NCBI GenBank assembly: GCA_012295275.1
Contig: CM022677.1
Location: forward strand, 7,936,001-8,000,000
Length of the DNA: 64,000 nt
Direction of reading: 5' to 3'
Origin: Chrysomallon squamiferum
Lineage: Eukaryota > Animalia > Mollusca
In this document: piece after piece, positions 27,388-39,119 of the stretch
How the letters are laid out: every line of letters begins with the position of its first letter
Position numbering within the stretch: the stretch's first letter is position 1
Program-made: the position numbers and the translations under genes
Notes under the pieces: model-generated
The model's input: the letters and a program-made list of their open reading frames with translations, nothing else
The model's database searches: none
Told to the model about the DNA's origin: nothing

Positions 27388-28839
27388 ATAAATGTTTGTT
27401 TACCTAATTCAAATAAGAAGTATATATATAAATAATGATTATGTCAGATTATCTTTTGCTAGATGACAACAAATACAGAAGACGTTGATCAATATATACA
27501 TAATAAAAATAAAAACATACAAAGACTATGCTTCATTTTTTCTTATATTTTTTAAAAATTATTTGAATGTGCCTTAACATTTTTAATATTAAGAAAGTGA
27601 AACAATTTCAGAAATAATTTCCATTTTCATTATTATTTTTAAATAAGATGCAATGTGTTTGATGTTGTAAATGTCAGGATTTAAAACAGTTAAGAACAAA
27701 TAATGATTTTTTTATTAAAACATATTTGTACTGCCACCCATTTATGTAACAAAACCTGGCTATATTTTATTGTTGATCAAAAACTCCAGTCATTGCTAAA
27801 AATATTTAAAGTACTGAATTTGCATAATCTTACAATATCTCTCTTAGAATAAACAATGAAAATTTGAATCTGAAAGCTGGAGAACCATTTAGGTACTATA
27901 ATTCTTAAAAGCAAAGATTGTAAGGGACTATTTGAATTACTTTGTTGTCATATGCATTTTTGAATCTTCAAACCAGATTGTCTTAAGTCTGTATTAGGAC
28001 CCCTGCTACTGTTGCTTAAGTAAACAAGTTTCTTTCTCTAGATGATAACTTGTGCAGGTCAACTGCTAGTGATGTCTACCAATTACACTATAACAAAACA
28101 TGAGGTGCTAGATTTTTGAACAAACAAACCAGCTTTAATTTTCATTCAGCTTGGAAACATTAAATACCAGTTTGTACTTCATTTTTTAAGTGATAATTAT
28201 TTTATTTTATATATATATATATATTTTATTTATTTATTTATTTATTATTTTCATTTTTTCCCCAAGCTTTTTAACTGAATTAAACAGAAAATACAGATTA
28301 TAAAAAATTAGAAGACATTTCAATTTGTACATTTTTAAACTAATTTTTTGAATTGTTCCAAAATGTAAAAGGCAAAGTATAAAATATTTGGGAAAATTTG
28401 TTCTCTTATTATTTTATTTTATTTTTTATCGTTTTTAAATTATTATTTCTTATTCTTAAAGATTAGTTATTGAAATTTTGTTTATGTTTTTCCCTGATTT
28501 AAATAATATAAAAGAAAAACTTTTTTTTTCATTTTCTGTGGGGTTTTTTAATAAAAAAATCTAATTACCCCTAATTACATAATTTCAAATATATTTACAC
28601 TAATTACCCCAACCCTTGATTTTCCCCTGATTTAAAAAAAATAAAACAGAAAAATTATTTTGTGTTTTTCTTCTTCTTTTTAAATTGATTACCCCAGCAA
28701 ATCCTTGATTTCCCCTGATTTAAATAATAGTTTAAAAAAAGATAGAAGAAATGTTTTGTGTTGATTATAAAAATTAATATCTCTATGCATTATCAAATTC
28801 ATTTGAACTTATTTACAAAGATGGCATTCCATAGCAATG

Positions 28840-29885
28840 ATGAATCTCCATTCATCTTTCAGTGAAAAAGTTAAAATAACCAAGCACACATCAAAGATAA
28901 AAACAGTGCAAGCTGCTATGAAGTACAATGTGTACACTGGATGTTCTGATCACATTGACAATGCAGTCTCTTGGAGATCACTGAGTTTTCAAAATTCAAA
29001 TTACATTTCAGACAGATTTTCTCTTGAAAGTGTTGAGCTTTCTCTGGACAGGGAAGGGTGATGTAATAGCATTCTGGTTTTGAACCTTTTCTGAAAATGT
29101 GTCTTACAACATTTTCAACTGAAGTGCTGGCTGAGGCAGGTTGAATCTGTTGTCTAGGATCCTACAACAAAATATAATATTCATTAATAAACAAAACATA
29201 AAATAAAGTGCAAGCAGTATTTTTTGTTGTCAATATTTCACTGTCTTACTGTCAAGTAGAATTTTAGTCCTCATTTTTATTTTTTCCATCCAATTTTAAT
29301 AATAAAAATAATTTATTAAATGGTTTTATATTCTTAGTTTAATTTTATTTTTTTGACTTTGACATAAAAGCATTAAAAGAGCAATACACCAGTAAGAGAG
29401 ATTACAAAAATGTTTTAATATTTGAATAATTCTATTAACTTGCTAAAATTTTGATATTTACTGTTTTAGTCTTTTAGTCCAGTTTACGATGACTGCCAGG
29501 AATATTAAGTAAATAAACATTTTAAACCTATATAGTTATTCATTAGACAGTAAGAAAATGGTTTTGTAATACTGATTATACTTGAAATACTAACATACTA
29601 GAATGATGGAAATACATTTGAGATTATTCTTACAATCTTTAATTAACCTTTAACAATTATTATAGTTACATCATTTACAATAAATTATTTGATTATTAAA
29701 ATATTTAATTGTAACATACTTTCCTGCCACTTTAATATAAGTAAATTTTTGCCCCTTTTTTCAGATTTGAGTGAGATATTACCAACAGCAAATTACAAAT
29801 GTTCTGATACTACTCTGTTAAGATGTCATGCAAATTATTACAAGGTTTGTTGGTGCATAAACCATTATTAAATTGATTCTATACT
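28840..29885 (-). repeat. Inverted duplication, partner about 58775-60075
   Basis: Exon and intron reverse-complement match, e.g. gatcctacaacaaaatataatattcattaataaac vs gtttattaatgaatatcatattttgttgtaggatcc; about 290 bp extra in the partner. Confidence 0.92.
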
Positions 29886-30686
29886 ATCTAAAGTAATCAT
29901 CATTTATGAGAAATGTATATAAAATTTTCAATACTATTCTGAGCATAAAAATAAATTTTGCTACTTTTAGTTAAATTGATCCTTAATCAATGAGCTATAA
30001 AACATAAAAGTGAATGAATAAAACAAACCTTTATAGGAGCATTCAATCCACACATAGACATGGATATTTTAGATCCTGGACAAGAAAAGTAAACTCATTC
30101 TTAATTAATAAAAATATATAAAACAATAGTTATGTAGATTATATTTTTTTAAAAAAAAAAAAAAAAAAAACAACAAAAACAACACTACACACAAAGCTAC
30201 TATAACCTAAAAACAACAACAGAACTTTCACCTTTTAAATTGTCTTCTTTAGTGTTGAAACACGAACACAATAATTAAGTAGCATCAGTAACAACAAAGA
30301 TATGAATAAATTCTTAAGAGCTTTTAATTCAGCAACAAATAATTTACATTATTTTTTCTTACAAAATATCTGAATTAACAGCCTTTTTCATCAATGTATA
30401 TCTGATTAGGGCTAACAATAAAAAATAAAAAATAAAAAAAGCTAGTAATGACAAAAATTATACATGTAAATATTTTTACCTTATTTTTTATACAAATATC
30501 ATTATCATCTTTGTCAGTTAAAGAGGTGACACATGTGAAAGGAAAAAGAAAAGACAGTGTTAACTTACTTGTTCTCTTCAAGTTCTGTTTGATCTTTTTT
30601 GTGTGGTTGTTTAATGTTCCCAACACGAGTAACCATTACTTCCCACTAACACATGCATGGAAATGAAAGTCATGTCTCTCATCTCT
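28916..30686 (-). pseudogene. Decayed multi-exon gene; exons 30686-30569, 30411-30232, 30075-30029 and an open Cys/His-rich terminal exon 29161-28916
   Basis: Consensus splice sites. The terminal exon is open for 81 codons: DPRQQIQPASASTSVENVVRHIFRKGSKPECYYITLPCPEKAQHFQEKICLKCNLNFENSVISKRLHCQCDQNIQCTHCTS*. Upstream exons have stops. Confidence 0.55.
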
Positions 30687-30799
30687 CTGTGAAAATATAT
30701 AGTGTTTATTAGTATTAAAGGTATTTTATCTGTTTTTATCAATGTAAATTATTGCTAAATATACACGAGTATACAACATAAAATATAAAAGGTTAAAAG

Positions 30800-31490
30800 A
30801 GAAAAAATAAGAGTCAAAATGTAAGTGGAGAAAGTGAACAGAAAATAAGGGTAAGCAGTAGCCAAGCTGGTCAAGAAGTCGCTATTACAAGGATGTCAAA
30901 TACACAGAATAACAAGATGTTCATCTGCACCATTTTATCAGTCAACACCAGTTCAACAGTGTCAGCAGTCACAGTATGGACAATATGCTGGGGACAAACC
31001 TAATGATCCCAAGATGTCTGTATTAGATACCCTGATTAAAAATTTCACCAGTTGTGAACAGTCAAGATGTCAGTATGAAAAATTAGATATTTTGATACAA
31101 GAAAGTTAGATATATAATTTGTGATAAACTGAAAAAATTGGACTTGATTGAAAAACAACTGAATAGTATGGAAATAATATGTAACAAGATATAGCAATAA
31201 AAAATGTGAGATTTGAAATCTGTTGTGTCAGATATGAACAGTTCTACTTGTTAAATGAGAGATAATAATAACAGTATGAAACAACAAATATGTGAAATAG
31301 TGAGAAGAGCTGCACCCACAACAAACCATATGGGGTTAATGAACAATTCCCGAAATACATTAATGACAGGAGAAAATTATTATATCCACATTACAAACAA
31401 GCAAGGGAAAAGATTGGTTTTAAATGGTGATAAACTGTATATCAAGGTCAGACTGTTTACACTGGGAGAGGTCGGGCCAGAAGCCAGCAA
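30800..31490 (+). mobile_element. LINE ORF1 relic (coiled coil plus transposase_22/L1-like C-terminus)
   Basis: ICDKLKKLDLIEKQLNSMEIICNKI*...DLKSVVSDMNSS and KQGKRLVLNGDKLYIKVRLF, typical of invertebrate LINE ORF1 ends. Confidence 0.6.
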
Positions 31491-33785
31491 CACAAACATA
31501 ACAACTCAGCCAACAGAAACCAACAGATCAACAAACAAACAACAGAAACAAGACAGAGATCACAAACAAACATAACACTCAGTCAACAGAAACAAGACAA
31601 CAGAGATCACACAACACAAACATAACAACTCAGTCAACAGAAACAAGACAACAGAGATCACACAACACAAACATAACAACTCAGTCAACAGAAACAAGAC
31701 AACAGAGATCACACAACACAAACATAACAACTCAGCCAACAGAAACAAGACAACAGAGATCACACAACACAAACATAACAACTCAGCCAACAGAAACAAG
31801 ACAACAGAGATCACACAACACAAACATAACAACTCAGTCAACAGAAACAAGACAACAGAGATCACACACAAAACACAAACATAACAACTCAGTCAACAGA
31901 AACAAGACAACAGAGATCACACAACACAAACATAACAACTCAGCCAACAGAAACAAGACAACAGAGATCACACAACACAAACATAACAACTCAGCCAACA
32001 GAAAAACAAGACAACAGAGATCACACAACACAAACAAACATAACAACTCAGCCAACAGAAACAAGACAACAGAGATCACACAACACAAACATAACAACTC
32101 AGCCAACAGAAACAAGACAACAGAGATCACACAACACAAACATAACAACTCAGCCAACAGAAACAAGACAACAGAGATCACACAACACAAACATAACAAC
32201 TCAGCCAACAGAAACAAGACAACAGAGATCACACAACACAAACATAACAACTCAGCCAACAGAAACAAGACAACAGAGATCACAAACATAACAACTCAGC
32301 CAACAGAAACAAGACAACAGAGATCACACAACACAAACATAACAACTCAGTCAACAGAAACAAGACAACAGAGATCACAGGAACACAAACATAACAACTC
32401 AGCCAACAGAAACAAGACAACAGAGATCACACAACACAAACATAACAACTCAGCCAACAGAAACAAGACAACAGAGATCACACAACACAAACATAACAAC
32501 TCAGTCAACAGAAACAAGACAACAGAGATCACACAACACAAACATAACAACTCAGTCAACAGAAACAAGACAACAGAGATCACACAAACCAAACATAACA
32601 ACTCAGCCAACAGAAACAAGACAACAGAGCTGACACAACACAAACATAACAACTCAGCCAACAGAAACAAGACAACAGAGATCACACAACACAAACATAA
32701 CAACTCAGCCAACAGAAACAAGACAACAGAGATCACACAACACAAACATAACAACTCAGTCAACAGAAACAAGACAACAGAGATCACACAACACAAAACA
32801 TAACAAACTCAGCCAACATAACAAACAGAAACACAACAGAGATCACAGGAACACAAACATAACAACTCAGCCAACAGAAACAAGACAACAGAGATCACAC
32901 AAACATAACAACTCAGCCAACAGAAACAAGACAACAGAGATCACACAACACAAACATAACAACTCAGCCAACAGAAACAAGACAACAGAGATCACACAAA
33001 CATAACAACTCAGCCAACAGAAACAAGACAACAGAGATCACACAACACAAACAAACATAACAACTCAGAAACAAGACAAACAGAGACTCACAACAGAAAC
33101 AGACACAAACATAACAACTCAGCCAACAGAAACAAGACAACAGAGATCACAGGAACACAAACATAACAACTCAGCCAACAGAAACAAGACAACAGAGATC
33201 ACACAACACAAACATAATTCTCAGCCAACAGAAACAAGACAACACAGATCAACAGAAACAACACAAAGAGATAACAAACACAAACATCAACTCAGAAACA
33301 GAAACAAGACAACAGAGATCACACAAAACAAAAACAGAAACAAGACAACAGAGATCACACAAACATAAAACAAGACAACAGAAACAAGATCACACAACAC
33401 AAACATAACAACTCAGCCAACAGAAACAAGACAACACAGATCACTGTTTTAAAACAAACATAACAACTCAGTCAACAGAAACAAGACAACAGAAACAGAT
33501 CAACAAGAGATCAAACTTCACAAACTAACAACTCAGTCAGAAACAAGACAACAGACAATCACACAAGAAACAAACAGAAACAACTCAGTCAACAGAAACA
33601 AGACAACAGAGATCACACAACAGAAACAAGACAACAGAGATCACACAACACAAACATAACAACTCAGTCAACAGAAACAAGACAACAGAGATCACACAAC
33701 AGAAACAAGACAACAGAGATCACACAACACAAACATAACAACTCAGCCAACAGAAACAAGACAACAGAGATCACACAACACAACC
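31490..33785 (+). repeat. 51-bp minisatellite (cacaaacataacaactcagYcaacagaaacaagacaacagagatcacacaa), about 45 units
   Basis: 17-aa periodic ORFs; homogeneous first half, scrambled at about 33000-33600. Confidence 0.97.
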
Positions 33786-33839
33786 CAAACTCTTAGACAA
33801 GTCAGTTCACTCAGTGCAATAGGACAACAGAGGAGGACA

Positions 33840-33960
33840 GATAATTCATATTTTTCATCATCTGATGCTTTTGACCAGCTTGAAAATGTATATTTTTCAT
33901 TTGTTAATAAGTATATGAATATAGTGATTTAATCGCTGATGATGTATTTTAACTTGAGGG
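33840..33960 (+). mobile_element. LINE ORF2 AP-endonuclease fragment
   Basis: NSYFSSSDAFDQLENVYFSFVNKY followed (with shifts) by LMMYFNLR, resembling the ...FDxLExxI...MGDFNAR segment of APE domains. Confidence 0.45.
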
Positions 33961-34068
33961 GTTAAATATATTAACCCTTTGAACCCGTCAGGCCAGCTTT
34001 CCAGTCTGAGCATACAGTATATATACCCGCTTGTATACTCAGCCACATTTCCAGCAGGAAGCTTCAAT

Positions 34069-35221
34069 AATTGTTTTGCAAGAACTCGAGTTTCAATGCT
34101 GGAATAAAACAGTCAGCTTATATAACCTTATTTAGCATCGAAGCCAGGATTGGTTTTACTTCCTTGTTGTTACCGTATGATGTTATCCAGCCAGAAGCTA
34201 CAGAAGAAAGATGACTTACTAGACATTCTGTCCAGCAGCTCAACTCAACCAGACACACAGCCTCTACCAGACACTCAACCTCTACCAGAAACAATTCAAC
34301 CTCTACCAGAAACAACTCAACCTCTATCAGAAACAACTCAACCTCTACCAGAAACAATTCAACCTCTACCAGAAAAAAATTCAGCCTCTACCAGAAAACT
34401 CAGCCTCTCAACCTCTACCAGAAACCACTCAAGCCTCTATCAGAAAAACAACTCAACCTCTATCTGAAACAACTCAACCTCTATCAGAAACAACTCAACC
34501 TCTATCTGAAACAACTCAACCTCTACCAGAAACAACTCAACCTCTACCAGAAACAACTCAACCTCTACCAGAAACAATTCAACCTCTACCAGAAACAACT
34601 CAACCTCTATCTGAAACAACTCACCCTCTACCAGAAACAACTCAACCTCTATCTGAAACAACCCAACCTCTACCAGAAACAACACAACCTCTACCAGAAA
34701 CCACTCAACCTCTATCAGAAACAACTCAACCTCTATGAGAAACAATTCAACCTCTACCAGAAACAACTCAACCTCTATCAGAAATGACTCAGCCTCGCCC
34801 AGAAACAACTCAACCTCTATCAGAAACAACTGAACCTCTACCAGAAACAAGTCAACCTCTATCAGAAATGATTCAACCAACAAGCAGCAGACAAGAAAAG
34901 AAAGCTTGCAATAGCTGCACAACAGAAACAAGCCAAGCATGTTGTTAAACAAAGTCGTTTGATTTGTTAAGCAAAGTCGTATGAAGGATGTTCTGTTGGT
35001 GATAACGTAGCTGAGCCCTTTCTGTCTGTAGAAATATTCTGGGTGTTTTATTAGCTGTAGAAACCGGACATTATACCATTGGTCGCCCTTCTGGTATTCT
35101 AAAACAGAAATATAGTCGACACCAGTTTGATTTATGTCCTCAGAGACTTCTGAGTGAATCTGACATTAACAGTGTGACTCTTCATCAATCCAACAAAAAG
35201 GAGTCTCAACATGGTGATCAA
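34069..35221 (+). mobile_element. Ginger/KRBA2-like integrase C-terminal fragment nested in the piggyBac 5' region
   Basis: KNSSFNAGIKQSAYITLFSIEARIGFTSLLLPYDVIQ/KLQKKDDLLDIL; KRKLAIAAQQKQAKHVVKQSR; VGDNVAEPF; RNILGVLLAVETGHYTIGRPSGILKQKYSRHQFDLCPQRLLS...ESQHGDQ. This is the characteristic post-rve region of KRBA2/SCAND3-like Ginger integrases. Confidence 0.75.
34235..34880 (+). repeat. 21-bp minisatellite (aacaactcaacctctaccaga; PETTQPL)
   Basis: About 30 units; begins in frame with the integrase relic. Confidence 0.95.
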
Positions 35222-37164
35222 GTATTATCGGCCATACTTCTGGCAGGAAGCTTCGATTTTTTGTCAAACAAGAGCAGTTTTTGGAGTATTTTTTTGCCAT
35301 AAACACGAGCAGTAAGGAAGTGACAAACCAAGCAGGCATTACGAATGATGTCAGATTCTGAGGATGAGACTGAAACGTTGGAATATGGAAATAATTGTGA
35401 TTTTGAAAGTGAAGAGAGTGACGATGTTGTCAAAGATACAAATAATAATAAAATGAATGCAAATGAAGGTGAAAAGTGAAAATGATTCTGCTAATAATAA
35501 CTATCCAGGTGGTGATGTTTTACAACCTGTTAGGGTGTGGCCGTGGTAAAGGTGTGGCCTTAGAATTCTCAGCCGCACGTAGTAGATCAGTGTCAGTGGA
35601 TGAATGACATGAGAGGGTATCGTGAAAAACAATTCAATACTAAATATCAATAATGAGAGCACCTCTGCTGACTTTTTGACATTTTTCTGGAATGATGGTG
35701 TGTGGCAGCTCTTTGTTGTTGAAACTAATACCAGGCAGAACATGTCAGAGAAGCAAAACCTTCACATTATTATTCAAAATCGTTTAGTTCACTGACAGAG
35801 ACAAAAACATTTTTTGGCTGTCGAGTAGTGATGGAAATCATTATTCACAAGGACCACTATGAACAATTTTGGTGAGATAAGATCATTTCTTGACCATCAC
35901 ACCTGGATTTGCACAGATGTTTACAAGAGATGGATTTTTAGCAATGTAGTCTATGCTACATTGTGTAAATGAATTAGACCCAGAGCTAGACAAATCTGAT
36001 AAGATTTACAAAGGCCCATGTTTAATCACTTGTTGGAAAAATTCATGTAGCATTATACACCAAGAAGCAATCTGTCACTTCACGAGGGAATGATTCCGAC
36101 AAAAAACTCCCTATCTATAAAATAGTATATCAAAGATAAACCAATAAAGTACTGTATCAACACCTTCCTAGTTTGTGACAGTGAGAATGGCTATATTTCA
36201 AATACAGAGTACATACAGGTCGCAGGAACGATGCTGAAATCATTGAAAATCTTGGTGTATCTGGAAACGTTGTTTTCGTTTACAGACAGACTCTACACTA
36301 ATGTATATTTGTGTGAGTTTTTGCTGGAAAAGAGAGGAATCTGCCTAGTGGGCACTGCACTTACAAATCGCAAACGTTTTCAAAAAAACCCTGACCAAAT
36401 CAAAAAGTTAAATCAGAAGGGGCATTTTGAACTATTTGTTCAATGGAACTGTAGCAGCAATTGTTTGGTGTGACAAAAAGCCTATTTAGGGCAGACATCA
36501 TTAGAAATGGCCACGTCGTCTTATTATGAAGTTTTTGTATGAGCTGCAATATAATGCATATGTAATTGTGTGGCCTTATCAGTTGCATAATCCCCAGGGG
36601 CAAAGAATGTTTACATTCCATGTGTTTGTTGAAAAACTCTGCCATCAACGTGTAGGCAATGATCACCATCTATTACCAGTGAAAGTGAATCTGTACACAG
36701 AAAAACACCTCTGAGATTACAGACCTCACAAGTTGGAAAGAGCCTCCCCATGCAACATCAAACAGTGGGTGTGTAGTGTGTCTGGAAAAGGCCAGACAAC
36801 AAAATCCAAGTGCTGCAGATAAGAACTTTCCCAAAAGGTCAGAAACATTCTAAGGCTTAGAAAAGGTATACAAGATAAATATATGAGACATCCAAATATA
36901 ATTTCATGTAATAATTTGTTTAACAGTAAAAATATATTTGTTAATAAGAACTACATTTGAGAGTATGTCCTCCACTTCTATTTTAGTTTTGTTATTATAT
37001 GTCTGTAATACTTTCTTCCCTGTACTGTAATCTACAGTTTATGAGAATAAAGTCATTGTCACTGTACAACTGAGTCTCTTCTCCTTTAAAAACACACAAT
37101 ACATTTGTCCTAACTTTTATTTGTAGAATTATCTACGTTATTAATTATTACTCCTTTTTATACA

Positions 37165-37985
37165 GACACTTTTATCAGAGAAGCAATTATCGTTACTGCT
37201 GACACACACACACACACTATTATCAGAGTAGCAATTTTCAGTATTGATGATACACACGAACATGCACACACACGTTATTCTTAGAGTAGCAGTTATCACT
37301 ATTGCTCACACATTCACACACACAAACACACACTATTATCACAGTAGCAGTTATCACTATTCCTGATACACTCAGAAACACACATACACACATACCATTA
37401 CTAGAGTAGCAATTATCAATATTGCTGAAACACACACACACACACACACACACTATTAGAGTAGCAGTTATCACTATTGCTGATACACCCCCCCTCTGTT
37501 AACAGGTAGTAATTATCACTATTCCCGATATACTCACAAACACACAGATACTATTATCAGAGTAGCAATTATCTCTATTGCTGATACATTCACAAACACA
37601 CACACACATATTATCAGAGGAACAATTATCATGATTGCTGATATAATCACACACACACGCACACACAAATACTATTATCAGAATAGCAATTATCACTATT
37701 GCTGATACACTCAAACACACACACACATACTGTTATCAGAGTAGCTGGTATCACTATTGGTGATACACACACACACACACACATACTCACACATACACAT
37801 ACACTATTATACACATACGCCAGTTATCACTATTGCTGATATACACACATACACAGATACATACTATTATCAGAATAACTGATCATTATTGCTTGTACAC
37901 TCACATACACTCACAGATACACACACACACACACACACAATCTGATCAGAATAGCAATTTTCACTATTGCTGATATTCACACACT
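37165..37985 (-). repeat. Composite satellite (palindromic core plus (CA)n), reverse orientation of the 60655-63660 array
   Basis: Recurrent tattatcagagtagcagttatcactattgctgata(ca)n. Confidence 0.92.
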
Positions 37986-38341
37986 CACTCACTCTCAGGA
38001 ATATAAATATAAGTAAAGCTGAAATTAGAAAATTAATTATAAAAGGCTTAAAGACAGACTGAAAGACAGACTCAGAGACAGAGAACATGAGAACAAAAGC
38101 AAAAAGGAAACAAGCAGTTGATACACATTTATCTACTTAATAACAAATACATAATAATTACAAATATATAACAAAACAAAATATTTATATACATTAAAAA
38201 TATCTACATAATATTATTTCATAATAATAAGTTTAGTTTGATATTTTTAGCATATTGTTTAACTAAATTGTCTATGTCAGATAGAGAAAGATTACGATTA
38301 TATATAGAATAATTCTTCAAATATTATAAAATTTAAAAAAC

Positions 38342-38642
38342 CTGAAGTAAGTTTCACTAAATCGTCAACGACAGATACAGAAAGATCAGGACAATTTCCG
38401 ATGTCCACATCTTTCAAAGAAAGGAGTTTTCCATGGAAACTCAAACAGCTGGTTGGTTAAACAACTGGAGTTCAGACTTAATTCCTGAAGAGAACTCGGC
38501 ATCTGTAATATCTGAAAAAAATGAAAAACAGTATTAAGAAACCAAATAACTATCAGCAGAAAAAGAAAAAAAGTTGAAAAATTTAGTTATGAGAAATTTG
38601 TCAAATGTAGATATTACAGAATGAAATACACATGTGTGTATG

Positions 38643-38682
<40 letters not shown>

Positions 38683-39047
38683 TATATATATTTTACAAAT
38701 CTAAATTTACCATCAACTGTAAGTGTTTCGATGTTAACTTTTGCATCATTCAGATAAAAAACTGAATACAAGATTAAGTGATCCCAGCTGGTAATAAAAA
38801 CAAATAAAAACAATAATAATAATAATAATAATAATAATTCACAATGTGCAGAATCTACATTATCAGAAAATAGCTGTGAAATTATAGAGAAATACACATT
38901 TATATTAATAAAACCAGTATAAATAAATAGATAAATAAATAAGAATGTTAATAAATTGTAAAAATATATAATGATAAATTTAGATTCTTGAAGCTAAGGT
39001 TTCTTAGAGGAGAGAGAGAAAAAGAAAGACAGTAAGAGAGTATCAGT

Positions 39048-39119
<72 letters not shown>

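Larger units (their letters stand above)
33971..36850 (+). mobile_element. Degenerate piggyBac (PGBD4-like) DNA transposon; left end TTAA|CCCTTT, transposase relic about 35345-36850, right end not found
   Basis: Acidic N-terminus MMSDSEDETE; DFLTFFWNDGVWQLFVVETN; TPGFAQMFTRDGFLAM*SMLHCV; YTPRSNLSLHEGMIPTKNSLSIK*YIKDKPIKY...CDSENGY; FTDRLYTNVYLCEFLL...LVGTALTNRK; VWCDKKP. Many stops and shifts; first catalytic D appears as H. Confidence 0.9.

Noticed and set aside
31560-34952. Minus-strand Cys/Leu/Val-rich ORFs (31560, 31834, 32347, 34118, 34440)
   Set aside because: Antisense translations of the 51-bp and 21-bp arrays.
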